DNA of 64,000 nt from the human T2T-CHM13v2.0 reference genome, Homo sapiens: the NCBI RefSeq assembly GCF_009914755.1, contig NC_060934.1. One strand, written 5' to 3'. Position numbers and translations under genes: made by a program. The number at the start of each line of letters is the position of its first letter. Position 1 is the first letter of the stretch. The notes beneath the pieces are model-generated. The model was not told the origin of the DNA and ran no database searches. It worked only from the letters and a program-made list of their open reading frames with translations. This document shows, in pieces, positions 26,255 through 38,646 of this stretch.

Positions 26255-27000
26255 AACTAATTTCCTTTTATTATGAAAACCAGAAAAATGACAAGTAATT
26301 GCTTGAAGATGTTAGAAAGATTGCATTTTGTTTTGCTACTATCAGCTTAAAAATAATGTTTAAGAGATTATGAATGGGTGATTAACTATTTTTTCTATTA
26401 CTTCTCTCTCAAAAGCAAAACCACAACGATTGTGATATGCACAGTAAAACGAAAGCCCAGCTATCTGAAACCAGGCTAGAAGAAACCAAAAATACCCACC
26501 CCACAAGGAGCCATGTCCCTTTCGGGGAGAAATTGTTGCACTCAGATCTGGGAGAAGACAGAGCCATGCAAAGTTAAGTTGCTAAAGTGGCTAAAAACAA
26601 ACATGGTCTCCACGCGCTAATTTTTCTCCATGGCCCCTCCTCCCCACTCCTTACAGTAAACAGCAGTTATGGGGACTGCAGTCAAATTCCCTATTTACTG
26701 CCTTTCCTGAGTCAGTTTCTTTTGGGTGAAAACAGTCTCTGATGCAGCTCTATTGCACCATTTCAGCGGGTGTTTATCATTTAAAAGGAACAATTTTAAT
26801 ACCTACATTTGCCTTACAGTATGAGCCATAAATGTGATTTAGGTTTCCCTTTATAATAGACTCTACAAACGATTGCCTAGGCTCCAGAAGAACTGTTTCT
26901 CCAAGTGCTGGCCATGAAAATGAACAGGCTTTTCCTTTCTTTACGAAAGTTTTCCTTTTTAATACCTCTTGAAATTAATTGAACAAAAACTGGGTAAATG
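26255..27000. promoter_or_regulatory. Candidate enhancer-like AT-rich island
   Basis: About 750 bp with no recognisable repeat; AACCACA (RUNX), AACAAT (SOX), GCCATAAA (CDX/posterior HOX). Confidence 0.35.
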
Positions 27001-27209
27001 GGCTGACTCACACATCTTCCTTGCTGGGAGTCTGGAGCCTGCCAGCAATGTCTTGGGAAAGGATGGGTCTCCCAGAGTGGGCATGGGAGGAAGGCCCAGG
27101 AGGTTGTGCTGCTGATGCTGTTTGTCCTACTTCCTGCCCCCCTGGGCCCCAGCTTCCTCCTCTGCAATGGTGGGGTGGCGATGGTGGTAATAACATAGAT
27201 CTCCGACAT

Positions 27210-27393
27210 CAGTGCTACTCAAAGCCAGGTTTGTGGGCTGGCAGCATCAGCATCACCTAAGAGCTTGCTAGAAATGCCAATTCCCTGGCTCTGCCCAGAC
27301 TTGCTAAATCAGAATCTGGAGGTAGGGCCCAGCAATCTGTACGAGAAGGTTGTCCGGGTAATTCTAATACATGCTAATGTTTGGGAAGCTCTG
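27210..27393. mobile_element. MER5A, near full length
   Basis: 'cagtgctactcaaag', 'cagcatcagcatcacctaagagcttgctagaaatgc', 'aatcagaatctg'. Confidence 0.88.
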
Positions 27394-27959
27394 ACTATTT
27401 GGAAGCAGAACTAGAAGCCTGTCAGGGGTCACAGTGAACTGCTGAAAGTGTTTATGAGCTCCCATAATCCAGTGGCATCCTGGTCCTGGGAGCGGTGAAC
27501 CCACTGGGTGCTTAGGATCCAAGCTGGTGAGTGACAAAAGTAATGGATCCAGTCTTGGACACCATAGACTAGACTTGAAAGTTGACAGACTCAGGTGTGT
27601 GTCCTGAGATGGGAAAGAGGACGGTGACAAGTCTGAAAGATAGAATCTGTCCTGTTTATTCAGAGTTGATGTCTACATGGTTTCAGGGTTCAGAGCTGGG
27701 TAGAACCCCAGGGGAGAGGAGGCATCCTGGCCAATGGAAGTGTGCAGGCAGGAGCTTCAGATTGTGATCCCCTTTGCCATTGAAGGGTTTCCTACATTAG
27801 GGAGGGTCCCCATTGGCCTCAACATTCCAGGACCTGTTTCCTTTTAGCCTATACCTCACCTTCTTGTGGCCTCCCTTCCCCAGAGTGGAAGGGTTGTAAC
27901 CCTGTAAATGAGGAAAGTCCTTCTGCATGGACATACTGCTTCCTGCTGAGAAATACCTC

Positions 27960-28320
27960 CATTCAGGGGAAAAATGGGATTAATTTTTAGCGGAAGCAGC
28001 AGTGGCTGAACATGCAGTTTTCAAATTGTTGACTATGATATTAAGTAACAAGCAGACTCCTGTCCAAAGGATGTTATTAAAATTAACTGTTTTAGCACTA
28101 CAGTTAGAATCAAAAACCAATCTGTCACTCCTAAATTGGTTTCTTTCAACTGCTATTTGCGGGTAAAATGAACAGTTTTAACAATTACATCTCCAGTGCA
28201 AATCATAAACTTGATTTACAGGAAAACACTTAATTTACTGCATTTGACTGTGCACCAGAGCTGCCAATTATCTGACTGTAAATTTCCCCACTTGGTTATT
28301 TGTTTCCTAAACAGCAGCCT
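27960..28320. promoter_or_regulatory. Candidate developmental enhancer / conserved non-coding element
   Basis: Repeat-free; GGGATTAA (bicoid-class) 27976-27983; CTGTCA; TGATTTAC (PBX-HOX) 28212-28219; TCATAAA. Confidence 0.45.
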
Positions 28321-28561
28321 TGGCCCCATTGCCTCCCTCACCTCTGGGCCCAAGGCCCCACCTGGGGTTGCAGAACCTGATTGGGGTTTTGTTTGTGAAG
28401 CGCTGGTGCTCGAAAGCAGACAGGGTCCACATGGACCCTCTGTCTGTGTTATTTCAAGTTGTAAAATATTGAGTAGAATATCACTGCTCTTTAACCTAGT
28501 CTGAGCTAGCCATGAAGGAGGAAGAATCACAGAATCTGTGAGCATAAAGACCATGGAGAGA

Positions 28562-29050
28562 ATCATTCATTCATCCATTCATCAAACAATGATTACGCAG
28601 TCATTTTCCCAGAGCTGGGAGCTATAGGCTATGCAGTGATGGCTGCGTCTCCCATGGTTCCTGCCCTCAACAAATTCACAGTCTAAGAGGAAATACATGT
28701 GCTGTATTATTCAATATCATTTTGTGGTATAATAAATTTTCCCTTTAGTTGTTGGCTGTTAATGAGCCAAAGTGCTGGGGCCCACTGAGAAGTGATTGTT
28801 CTGCTTGGAGGTGCTGGAGAAAATAGAGAAACTCACATGCCGTAGTTTTGCAGAAGTTCCATTTGAACTGAGTCTTGATGTCTGAATACGAGCTTTTCAG
28901 GTAGAGAAGGAGAGGAAAGGGTCTTTCAGGCAGGGGGAACAGCATCAGCCAATTCTTTTTGGCACAGAAGAACAGGGTATGTTTAGTGAGGGGGTGAATG
29001 GTCTGGCCTGGGAGGAGGGAAGGGGGCAGGTTGGCACCAGGATGCCGCTT
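28562..29050 (-). mobile_element. L2 fragment
   Basis: 'tcattcattcatccattca' antisense tail; 'catttgaactgagtcttga', 'caggcagggggaacagcat'. Confidence 0.75.
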
Positions 29051-30869
29051 TTAAGGAGTTTAGAGTCTGTTGGATTTATAATCCAAGTCCTTCTCTAGCT
29101 AAGCAAATGGAAGTCCACAGCATTGAGATACCCCGTGTAAGTCAGGAGAGACTGTAAATGCCAAGAAGCTATAGGATGGAGAATGGAGGATAGTTTCCTG
29201 GTATTTTGAGAAGTAAGAAAGCATATGCAAACATATGTAAATGAGATGCAAGCCGGCACCTGCTCTGCATTGTGTAGTCAGCCAGCTTTCTGCAGCCCTG
29301 TGTGTTTCTACAAAGGTGAGAGAGGTGCCTCCTTGTGACTCCAGCTGAGCTACGGGAGATATCAGGGGGTTTCATAAAAAAGAAAAATTACCCCAAGACT
29401 TTCCCTGCCAGGGCCCTTTCTGTTGGAGGAAGTGTCCCCTTGGGAGAGAGAAGAGGACCAGAATTTAGGCCTCAGAAGGGAAGGATGAAGCCCCCAAAGT
29501 TGCCACCTTCTAGGGAGCCCAGACCTCAGGATTTTGAGGAGTTGGCTCCATCAGTGTCAAGAGGTTTGTGTGGGCAGCTGGCTTGGGAGGGTGGGGGGTT
29601 CTCATGCCCTCTGCTCAGGCCCTCTGCTTCACCCCAGCATGCCCCACTCCCCTAGGCTCAGTGTCCCCACGGGAAGGGATCAGTGGGAGCTTTCAGCGCC
29701 AATGTCTCATGAGTTGAAGGTCAGTGGTTTTCTCTTGGACTGATGATTGTCCTGCTCTGATCCACCTGACTCCAGAGGGGTGGGTACTGACATGGTGACT
29801 CAAGAATGTGGCCTCGGTCTCCCCCTGGGGCCTTGTGGTTAATCCCCTACTCTCCTGTGGTCTGGAACCACTGAATGCAGATTCAAATCTCTCTTTCCTC
29901 CATGATTCTATCAAGAAAGAAGAGGGTTGTCATCTCAGTTGACACAGGGGTGGAGGCCCGTGCGTGGGCCCCTGAAGTTTCTAGGGCTGACTCTTCCTAA
30001 TTTTCTGTGTGGCCTTGAACAAATCCTCTCTCTGGATGTCACTCGCACCTAAGAAGCCAGATACTTCAGGTAAGAGCCCTTTCCTGTTGACAGTTGCCTC
30101 ATCCTGACCTGCTGGCAGGGTGTGTGGCGGGGAGCTGAGCCCCTTAGGGACAGGGGCTGCTTGACAAACATTTTGGAGGGCTGAGGGGGGCATTGGGGCA
30201 TCCCCACCTCCAGGAAAACACTGCAGCCTCAGGCCCCTGCAGTAGAGGCACCCCTGGAGGGAGGGAGGGCCAGCTGCCAGGCTCGTGCCCCTTGTGGGTC
30301 CAGGGGGCCGACGTTGGGGAGGGCTCTCCGCCATTTCTGGCTGCCCCTCTAGTCCTTCCTCGGGTCTCTTTCATCCTCCCTCCCCTCTCTCCCATCTGCA
30401 TGCCAGACTTTCCCTCCCAGTCTTTTCTATCTGTGCTCTCTCTCTTATTCTCTGAGTCCCATGGTTTTCTCTCAGCTCCCTGCCTGGCCTCTCTGTCTCC
30501 CTGCAGGCCTCTCTCTTTCATCTTCCTCTCCTTGCCTGCTCTGGAAGTCCTTCTCCATGTGTTCCCCTGCCTCGGTATAACCTCTCCTCTGTCCACCTGC
30601 ACCCACTTTCTCCCCCAGCTTCCCCCACCCAGCTCCCAAGTCCTGAGCGCTTTGGGGGAAACTGAGGACAGGTTTCACCCTACTAAGGATGGAACAGGCA
30701 GGACGGGAGAGAATAGCCAGCCTTCAGCAGGTGGCACTGTTGGGTGACTTTTGCTTGTAAAACCTTTTAGCACTGAAAAAACATGCTGGAATCTATTGGC
30801 ATTTGAGAGGCTCTTTTTTTTAAAAAAATAAAAATAATGACTCTCATTTCCTGGGCATCATTAAACAAG

Positions 30870-31190
30870 GTGCAGTGTTTGTGTGTGTACGTGTGTGATG
30901 AGGATGTATGCACACAGATGTCTGCACCTGAGCCTGTGGGGCTGGAGTGTAGGGGTGTATGTGTGAGCAAATGTCAGGGCCCTGGGTGCCTGGGTCTACA
31001 TGTGTAGGGATGGGAGTGTCTGTGTGCGACACACACAACCTGTGTGAATGTGGGTTTCCGTATGAACTGGTGTGTACCAGCATGGGATGTGTCTACACGT
31101 ATGCACCATCACACATGAAAGTATGTGTGTGAGCGAGCAGGGCAGGTCGGGCTGTGTGGGGAGCAGGGTGGTGTGTTTGTGTCTGCGGAT
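30870..31190. repeat. Degenerate TG-rich low-complexity tract
   Basis: Seen directly. Confidence 0.6.
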
Positions 31191-31715
31191 GTACCCACCA
31201 GCGGAAGCACAGTGGAGGGGAGGGAGAGTCATGGAATTAGGCCTCCAGGTTTCAATTCTGGCTTCACACTGCAGTGGTGTGATTTTGCTGAAGTCTCTGA
31301 GCCTCAGACTCTTCATCTGAGAAATGAGATAATAGCATTATCTGGCACTCCGGATGACTGTGAGGATTAAATAGGCTCTTCTGTGTAAAGGGCCTGTCCT
31401 GGCATGGGCCCAGTAGGCTCTGGGCCACAGTGTGTCTGGGTGAGAGTCAGCAGGTGTGGCCTTCTGCTCTCCAGCTCCACTGTCTGGCTGGGCTGGACTT
31501 GCTGGCCCTCAGGCCTGTGGTGTTGGCCTCTCTAGGGGTATGAAGACCCAGGGGTGCGGATGTCCTGAGGGCTCTGGGGTCTGACCAGCCCTAGTGTTTC
31601 CTGGCTCTGCTGGATAGAACCACAGCCAGAATGACCGCCCCCCTGCCCCGCCCCCCAGCAGTGGAGATCCAGCATGCAAGAGCTGCAGTGGCCCTCAGGG
31701 GTCGTCGACTCCATC

Positions 31716-31863
31716 CAGCTCCCAACATAACAGGAGAGGGGAGGGCAGGCCACAGCTCCCCACATAACAGGAGAGGGGAGGGCAGCCCACAGCTCCCCAC
31801 ATAACAGGAGAGGGGAGGGCAGCCCACAGCTCCCCACATAACTGGAGAGGAGATGGCAGCCCA
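31716..31863. repeat. Minisatellite, 4 x 37 bp (cagctccccacataacaggagaggggagggcagccca)
   Basis: Units start at 31716, 31753, 31790 and 31827. Confidence 0.95.
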
Positions 31864-32099
31864 GAGGGGCCGGTAGCCTGACCTGCGCCCCATCGTAAGT
31901 CACGGGCTGGCCACTGTCTGAGGGCTGTAAGCTGGGCTGATTCCGAGGCTGGGGCCCAGAGGCAGAGGCAGAGGCAGAGGGCAGCTCCCTGCCTCAGCTC
32001 CTTGCAGTCCTGACTCCACCCCTCCACCCCTCTTCTTTCCTCTTCCTCATCTCTTTGTGGCGACCTTCTGCCTTAGAGCTGAAAGTGGAAAGAGGGCCG

Positions 32100-32588
32100 C
32101 ATCTGACTGGTTCTCTACTGCTGTGTAACCACCATACCAGAAGAGAGGGGCTTCGAGCAATGTCTTCTTCTTTTGCTCTGCTCTCTGGGTTGTCTGGGAC
32201 TCACCTGGGTCTCTCATGTGGTGGCTAAGGCTGGCTTCTTGGGGTCTTTGCCTCTCTTCTTGCAGCATCTCATCCTCCAGGGCCTCTCCACGTGGCTTGG
32301 GCCTCTCCCAGCAGTGTGGGCTCAGGGTAGTGATTCTTTTTATGTAGCAGCTAGCTCCCAGGACACTGCCAGTGGAGGCTGTCAGGCTAGTTAAGGGCTA
32401 AGGCTTGGACTGGCACAAGGTCTCTTCCTCCTATTCTTTTGGAAAAAATCATCATGACCCACCCAAATTCAAGAGGGCAGAGAAATAGAACCCACTTCTT
32501 TATAGAGGAGGGGAAGGTCATATTGCCAAAAAGCCTGTGGGATGGGTGATGGTGTGGTGGGCATCTTTGGAAAGTGCAATCTGCTACA
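32100..32588 (-). mobile_element. MLT1 (G/H-like) LTR
   Basis: 'ctgctgtgtaacc', 'cagggcctctccacgtggcttggg', 'cccaaattcaagag', 'catctttggaaagtgcaatctgctaca'. Confidence 0.8.
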
Positions 32589-33544
32589 CCATCTTAATGG
32601 CATTATAAGATGACAAGCAAATGCCAGTCTTAAGAATGTTTCTTCTCCACCATTTCATCCAGCCCTCCCAACAGCCATCTGCAGTGGGCCTGTCCTGGCT
32701 TCATCACCCCCTGTGTCACCCTGGGCAACTCCCTTCACTTCTCAGCACCTCAGTTTCCACGTGTTGAACAGGAGTGGTAATAGTTCCTGTTTCATTGAGT
32801 TGTCATAAAGCAAGAACTCAGCCCAGCACCTGGAGAGACCTCAAATGCGTTGTTACTATCATCGCCCTTCTCTTCCTTTCACAGATGAGGAAACTGAGTC
32901 TCAGAGAAGTCGAGGGACTGGCTCAGAGATGTACAGCATGGCATTGCTGGAGCCGGCCTGGAAGACAAGCAGTCTCCCTCCAATTGCACACTGTTTTCTC
33001 TGAGGCTCTGCATTGTTGGAGGAAGGGTCAGAGGGGCTGGAGAGGAAGAAACAATGCAAATATGAGGCAGCAGAAGGGAAATCGAGGTACTGGGGGCTTC
33101 CAGCCTCATGCTGCTTGCTCTCTCCTGAATCCATCGTTGGTCTTTCTGTCCTAATCCGACCACTCCATCGCCAGCCTCCATTCCTCTGAATGTTGATAGA
33201 AGAGCTCCGGACTCTTTCCAGCTTTCCAGACTTTTCCACTCACACAGACTCAAGGGTCCTCCCAACTGTCTTGTGAAAAGAGGCCATCCCATTCCACAGG
33301 AGGGGAAACTGAGGCTTGGAAAAGGCACATGGTCCCATGTAGCGTCACTGTGGCTCTTCGGACTCTTCCAGGTCCCTCTGCCTGTCCTGGGCCTGCCATT
33401 GTTCCACCTCCAGGTCTGCCCACTGCCTGCACCTCTCCTCCCCGTCTCACCTTGCCCTGCACTGCAGCTGCCACGACCTCCAGCAGCCCTTTAGACCAAC
33501 GTCCTAAAGCGATAATGCCATGATGTTCCTGGCTTTTTCAAAAC

Positions 33545-33745
33545 CCTTTTCCTAGAGTGTGTTAACCAGAATGGCAGTCCCACGAGGATCTCTGTGATGA
33601 AAGGGCTTCATGGTCAAATAGTTTGGGAAACGTGGCTTCCTTTGTCCCTTCCTTCTCAGTTTGCCAAATTTAATTATGCCACACCCCCATGCACCTTCTT
33701 TTGTTTCATGATATCATTATTTAATACCCCATTTTGGAATATTAT
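33545..33745. mobile_element. MER103-like hAT-Charlie fragment
   Basis: 'aaagggcttcatggtcaaatagtttgggaaacg'. Confidence 0.55.
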
Positions 33746-36089
33746 CTAAGAAATGTGGCCTGAGGAATGAAGTTCAAATCTCTCCTCTTGGCGTCCAAAG
33801 GGCTTCACCATCAGATCTCAACCTTGTTTTCCACCGTGCCTCTCTTGGACATCCAGAGCCCTTGCCCTCCCCTCAGTAGTCCCTGGTGTCCACAAAATCC
33901 ATGGTCTCACCCTCCCTGTTTTTGCTCAGACCTCTCAACTCCCGTCATGTATCTCAGAGCTCTGTTTCTCCAGGGACACCCCCAACCTCTCACCCCTTGG
34001 CGGTGCACTGACTGCTGCATCTCACTCAGCCATTGGTTGGGTGCAAAGTAAATTTTCTTTCCAGGCATGAACCTGAGTCCCAAACTCAACCCTAAGCTCT
34101 TTAAGGGTGCAAGTGTCATCTTGGGTTTCTGCGTCTCCTGACTTCCTCCCCAGGCCTGGTGCAGAAGCACTGGCAATGCGTCTTATGCTGGGCAGACGGT
34201 GCCCAGCAAAGTTGAATAGATATGTGGCAACAGGCTGGCTCAGCTGGAGTTTCACCCTCAGTAGGGAGGAACACATAACTCCTTCTTGCTGTGGTATGGG
34301 AGTCCCAGGGTCTCAGGACAGTAGAGGCCACTGGTCCACACATGTCTTCTATGTTCAGTTTGATCTGAATTTGAGATTAGCGATTCTCTTTCTCCTCTCC
34401 CTAGTGGGAGAACAACAGGAGCTGGGCTTTGGCTGTAGCAGCAGAGGTCCCAGTTAGACTCAAGGAATAACTTTCCAAGTAGCAGAGACTGTGGACCATT
34501 TGCCAGATTGGATTTCAGTGATTGGTTTTAGACTAAGAGGACTTTCTCTGTTGTCCTTAAGGATTTAGGGGTGACTGTGTTCTCCCAAGAGGTGGATAAG
34601 ATGACCTCTTTTGGGCTTTTCTATCCCTGTAATTTCCAGAGCTGCCAGCTCTCTGGGTCCCTGGGGTCACAAAGGGAGGAAGAATTTCGACACAGGGAAG
34701 GAGGTGGGAGGAAAGGGGAGAGGGGTTTGTGTTGGGGGAACAGACCCCAACCTCTGCAGCTGGGGCATGTACTGCCCAGAGGAAGGAGGTTGGCGTGCCA
34801 AACCGCCCCAGTGGCTCTTGGAGCCTCTCTGGGGCTGCTCCCCCACTCACGCGCCACAGTTATTTTTAGCACTGGGATGTGCAGAACATGCTACAGAGAA
34901 ACAGAGTGGAAAATCTGACACTCAGAGCCCCGCTTGGAGGGAGACACAGTTCTTCCAGCCGGGCGCCACTCACGTGTCTGATTTGCATCTTGCACGTTTC
35001 TCCAAGCAGCCCGACTACTTTGAATTCCAGCTGGCTCCCGGAGCTGACCCACAGCCTCCTGGACAGGGCCTGGGGTCCTTGCACTTGGCAGGTGGCGATG
35101 GCTCTGGTCAGGCTCCCCTTGCTTCTGCTGGCCATCAGAATTGTGACCTGCATACAAGCATGGGGCGCTACATAAAAAGCCCAGTGGTCGTCTCCTGGGT
35201 GTCCCAGACATCATGTGGAGAAGACAGGGCAGGTCTTAGGATTGTTGTTGGGTAGGGGAGGAAAGCCAGGCCCAGACAAGGCATCTAAGGACCTGAGGTC
35301 ACACAGAGAGGGAATAACAGAGCTGGCCCTCAGGAGGGTCAGCCCCCTCTGTCCTTGGGGCATCCCACTGGGAATGCAATGTCTAGGAAGCCTAGAGTCG
35401 AAGTCCAAACCAGCTCAGGAGACAAGGAGGTTGTGTAGTGGATATTTAATTATAAATTACTTTATGTTTTTTCCCTTCTTATTACAAAAACAATGCATGC
35501 TCTTTGTAGAAAATTTAAAAATACAGATAAGCAAACAAGAAAATTAAAAACACCCATAATCCCAGCACTCAGAGATAAACCCTGTAAATATTTTGGTATG
35601 TTGCTGAATATACCACCAGGCTTTTCCTTTTTCTTCTGTAAAACATTTTCATTTATTTTTAATTACACCTGTAATATAGGAACACATTTTTTGTTAGAAA
35701 AATTCAAACAATACAGATCAAGCTAAAGTCGCCTCTCTCCCTCCCCAACCGAGCTTCCCTTTTCTGCAGAGGTAATCACAGTTCTAATTTGATGTATATC
35801 GTTCCTGATCTTTTTTTAAGTGTACACACACATTCATATCATATAGAGATATGTGGTTTTATTTTTAGTGTGTTTGGATGGGCTTTTTTCCCAACAGAAA
35901 TGGTAGCATATTGCATGTGTTGTTCTACACTTTGATTTTGTCACCTAACTATTAGTCTTGGGGTCCTCTCAGTGTCAGTGTTTAGAGCTCTAACTCATTT
36001 GCTCTAACGGCTGGGTAGAATTCCCTTGCATGCATACATCAGAGTTTATTTAGGCATTCCCTTGTGATAGACTTTTTGATTGCATCCAC

Positions 36090-36121
<32 letters not shown>

Positions 36122-36137
36122 CGCGCGCACGTGTGTG
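36090..36137. repeat. (TG)n(CG)n alternating purine-pyrimidine tract
   Basis: 48 bp of uninterrupted alternation including gcgtgcgcgcgcacg. Confidence 0.95.
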
Positions 36138-36577
36138 ATTGCAACACTGCCTTTCAGTGCTCTCATATGTGCCTCCTTGGGTGAGAAAGCTTCTCAAGGG
36201 TCAAAGCCGAGATGAGAAATGGCTAGTTACTCTCGTTTTATGCGCATTAAGAAAATGGGAGCACCTTGGATCAACTGCCGTAAGAATCTGCCTTCTCCAC
36301 TTTTCTGTGCTAATATGAAGGCAGCTCTGACAGCATTTCCCAAACTGTGCTCAGGACAGCGCTGTGTGCTGGGAGACCCTGATAGGTCCACCTAGGGAGA
36401 TAAAAAATCAGGGCAGGTGTACGGTTGAATACATTCAATGTACAGTCGAATAGATTCACTGAAATGCTCTTGGAAATTCACCAGTGCCCATTAGTATGTC
36501 AAGAGGTGTCCTGAAGTAAAGAAACAAGTTTGTCTTCATTTAGCCTGGCTGTGGAGGGCTGCGGTGTAGGAAACAGA

Positions 36578-37020
36578 TTGCAGCAGACAGCGGCAGTGCC
36601 CGACCCACATCCCCTTTGCCCTGCCACTCAGTGCTCTTCTGGTCCCAATTCCACCTGCTGGCACCTGTGCTTTGTGCCTGTGTCTGGTTTCTCTTGCTGC
36701 AGGGACCTGTGGGGCTGCCCTGTGGCAGGCTGAGCATGCAGGGGACCCGGTGTTGTCTGTGTTCCAGCCCCAGCAGCCCTCAACCAATGATTGAAGGGAT
36801 TGGTGTACAGAAGCCCCAGCTCCCTCACCTCTCGGGTGAGATAACTTTGAGGCAAGTGTTTTACATTGATCCCTGTGCTTCCCCAGAGGGATCAGGCTCC
36901 AGTTCCACTGTGGTAGCTGGCTTGAAAACATGCCCATTATTGGCTGCCCTCCTTCCTTGTCTCACTTCCCCACTCCTCCCCACTCATCTCTCCAAATTTG
37001 AATCTTCTTGCATTAGAGTC
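36578..37020 (+). mobile_element. LTR16-family ERVL LTR
   Basis: 'cagccctcaaccaatga', 'ccccagctccctcacc', 'ccttccttgtctcacttcccca'. Confidence 0.75.
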
Positions 37021-37924
37021 CTGGGTTTGCTCCGGAAAGAAGCTCAACTAAAACTGATCAGTGGTTACTTTTTAATGGCTCCATGTGAATGTCCTAAATA
37101 TTTCTCTCAACAGATCCTGCATTGCTGGACATTGAAGTTGTTTCCTTTTTTTTCACTATTATAAACAATCTTGTGGTGGACATCCTTCTAGCTCAATGGC
37201 TGTGTACATTTTAAATTATTGCTTTAGAAACTATTCTAGACATAAAGCCACTGGTTCAAAAGACATGCATCGTTGTAGGGCTTTGATAACTTTGTGGCAT
37301 CTGCATTCTCCCCTTCTCATCTTGTTCTAATCTTGCCTTGCGTTCCACAGAAGGTACAGAGGGGCCAACCTTGGATGTGCTCTGGAATGAGGCTCCCTCA
37401 CAGGGACTGGGAAAGGCAGAATACAGGGAATACATGGCAGGATGCAGGGAGACAGGCGAGTATCCACCTGGAGTTCATAGGGAGGCTCTTAGAGCTTAGT
37501 GCTAATGGGTGCTTCTTCCCAGGTTCCTGTTCTAAACTCTTCCCATTCTACAAGGCTCCATTGAAATCTTACCTCCTCCAAGAAGCTTCCCTTGACTTTT
37601 CCTGCCTTGTGGGCCTCATCTTGAGGCTGCACGTGATTTGGTACTAATTCTATATGGGTCATGACACATCCTGTGGGTGGTAACAGTCAATGTTAAGCAC
37701 ATGACAGATTTACACGTTTGGGGTTCAATAAATGCTTGAGGTAAGAAAGCCAGGGAATACAGATTTGAATCTACCTTTGCTGCTATCCTTGGTGGGGACC
37801 TGTGGGTCTCCAGGCAAGGGCCCCGAGGTGGGCTTGAATGGGAATAAGCACAGTACCGGCCCACTCTCTCCCTTCTCAGCCTCTCATTTTGCCCCCTTTC
37901 CAGGAGTCTTTCAGCCAGGAGTCC

Positions 37925-38260
37925 CAGAGGCTTGGCTGTCTGCATTCAGCCCGGGGCTGCGAATATCAGTGCGCCTTTCTTTTTATCCTTCCAGGTGCAG
38001 GTTTCCGGAGACAAATATACCCTCCATTCCCAGCCCCTCGATCTGTCTAAACACAATTTGACATGCGTTGCTATTAGCTTAGCACCTTATCAAATAATGC
38101 GGCCTGATCGAGATAAAAGGTTTTACAACCCTTGCTGCCTTTGTTTCTGCCTGCATTCACCCGCCGAGACAGCTAATAATTACCACCAAAGACAAAGAGA
38201 AATCTATACGCTCAGCTTAGAGGTTCCCGTGTGCATGTTAAGCAGCAGCCGGAGGAAAGA
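37925..38260. promoter_or_regulatory. Candidate enhancer / conserved non-coding element
   Basis: Repeat-free and CpG-retaining; GATA sites (cttatca, agataa), CCTTTGTT, TAATAATTA; polypyrimidine tract plus AG at 37993-37994. Confidence 0.4.
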
Positions 38261-38646
38261 GAGGTGGGAGGAGATGGCCCCAAATGCAGCCCGGGCTTTG
38301 CAGCCTGCTGGAGAGAGTGGCCCCCTGGTTGCTGGGTGACCCTGTAGTTTGGTGCTGTCTAACCCTGGAGGTGGAGAGAAAGGTGGAGGCTGTGCCCCAG
38401 AGCCCTGCCCTGGGGTGTCAAGGCCTGGTTTGGCAGGTCAGGGTGGTGTGAAGGGAAAGGCAAGGATGCTGGCGTAGAGGGTTGCTGAGACCTGGGTTTC
38501 TGCCTGGCTCTGCTCCCAGGCTGCTCTGTGACCTTGGGTAGCTCCCTTGTCCCCTGTGGGCTTCAGTCTCTGTTTCCATAGCCTCTGGCTTCTGTGATAG
38601 GGCACCAAGGCAGTGTGGTGGGAGGGTGCCCGAGGCAGTGTGATGG

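Larger units (their letters stand above)
35455..37290 (-). mobile_element. L1ME fragments interrupted by a microsatellite, a hAT-like piece and LTR16
   Basis: 'gtagaaaatttaaaaatacagataagc', 'cccataatcccagcactcagagataa', 'ttgctggacattgaagttgtttcc...actattataaacaat'. Confidence 0.65.

Noticed and set aside
25651-26298. His/Pro-rich 215-aa ORF and overlapping ORFs
   Set aside because: Produced by the stop-free (CCAT/CCAC)n repeat
31716-31863. 37-bp repeats as a CRISPR-like array
   Set aside because: Head-to-tail units with no unique spacers; a minisatellite
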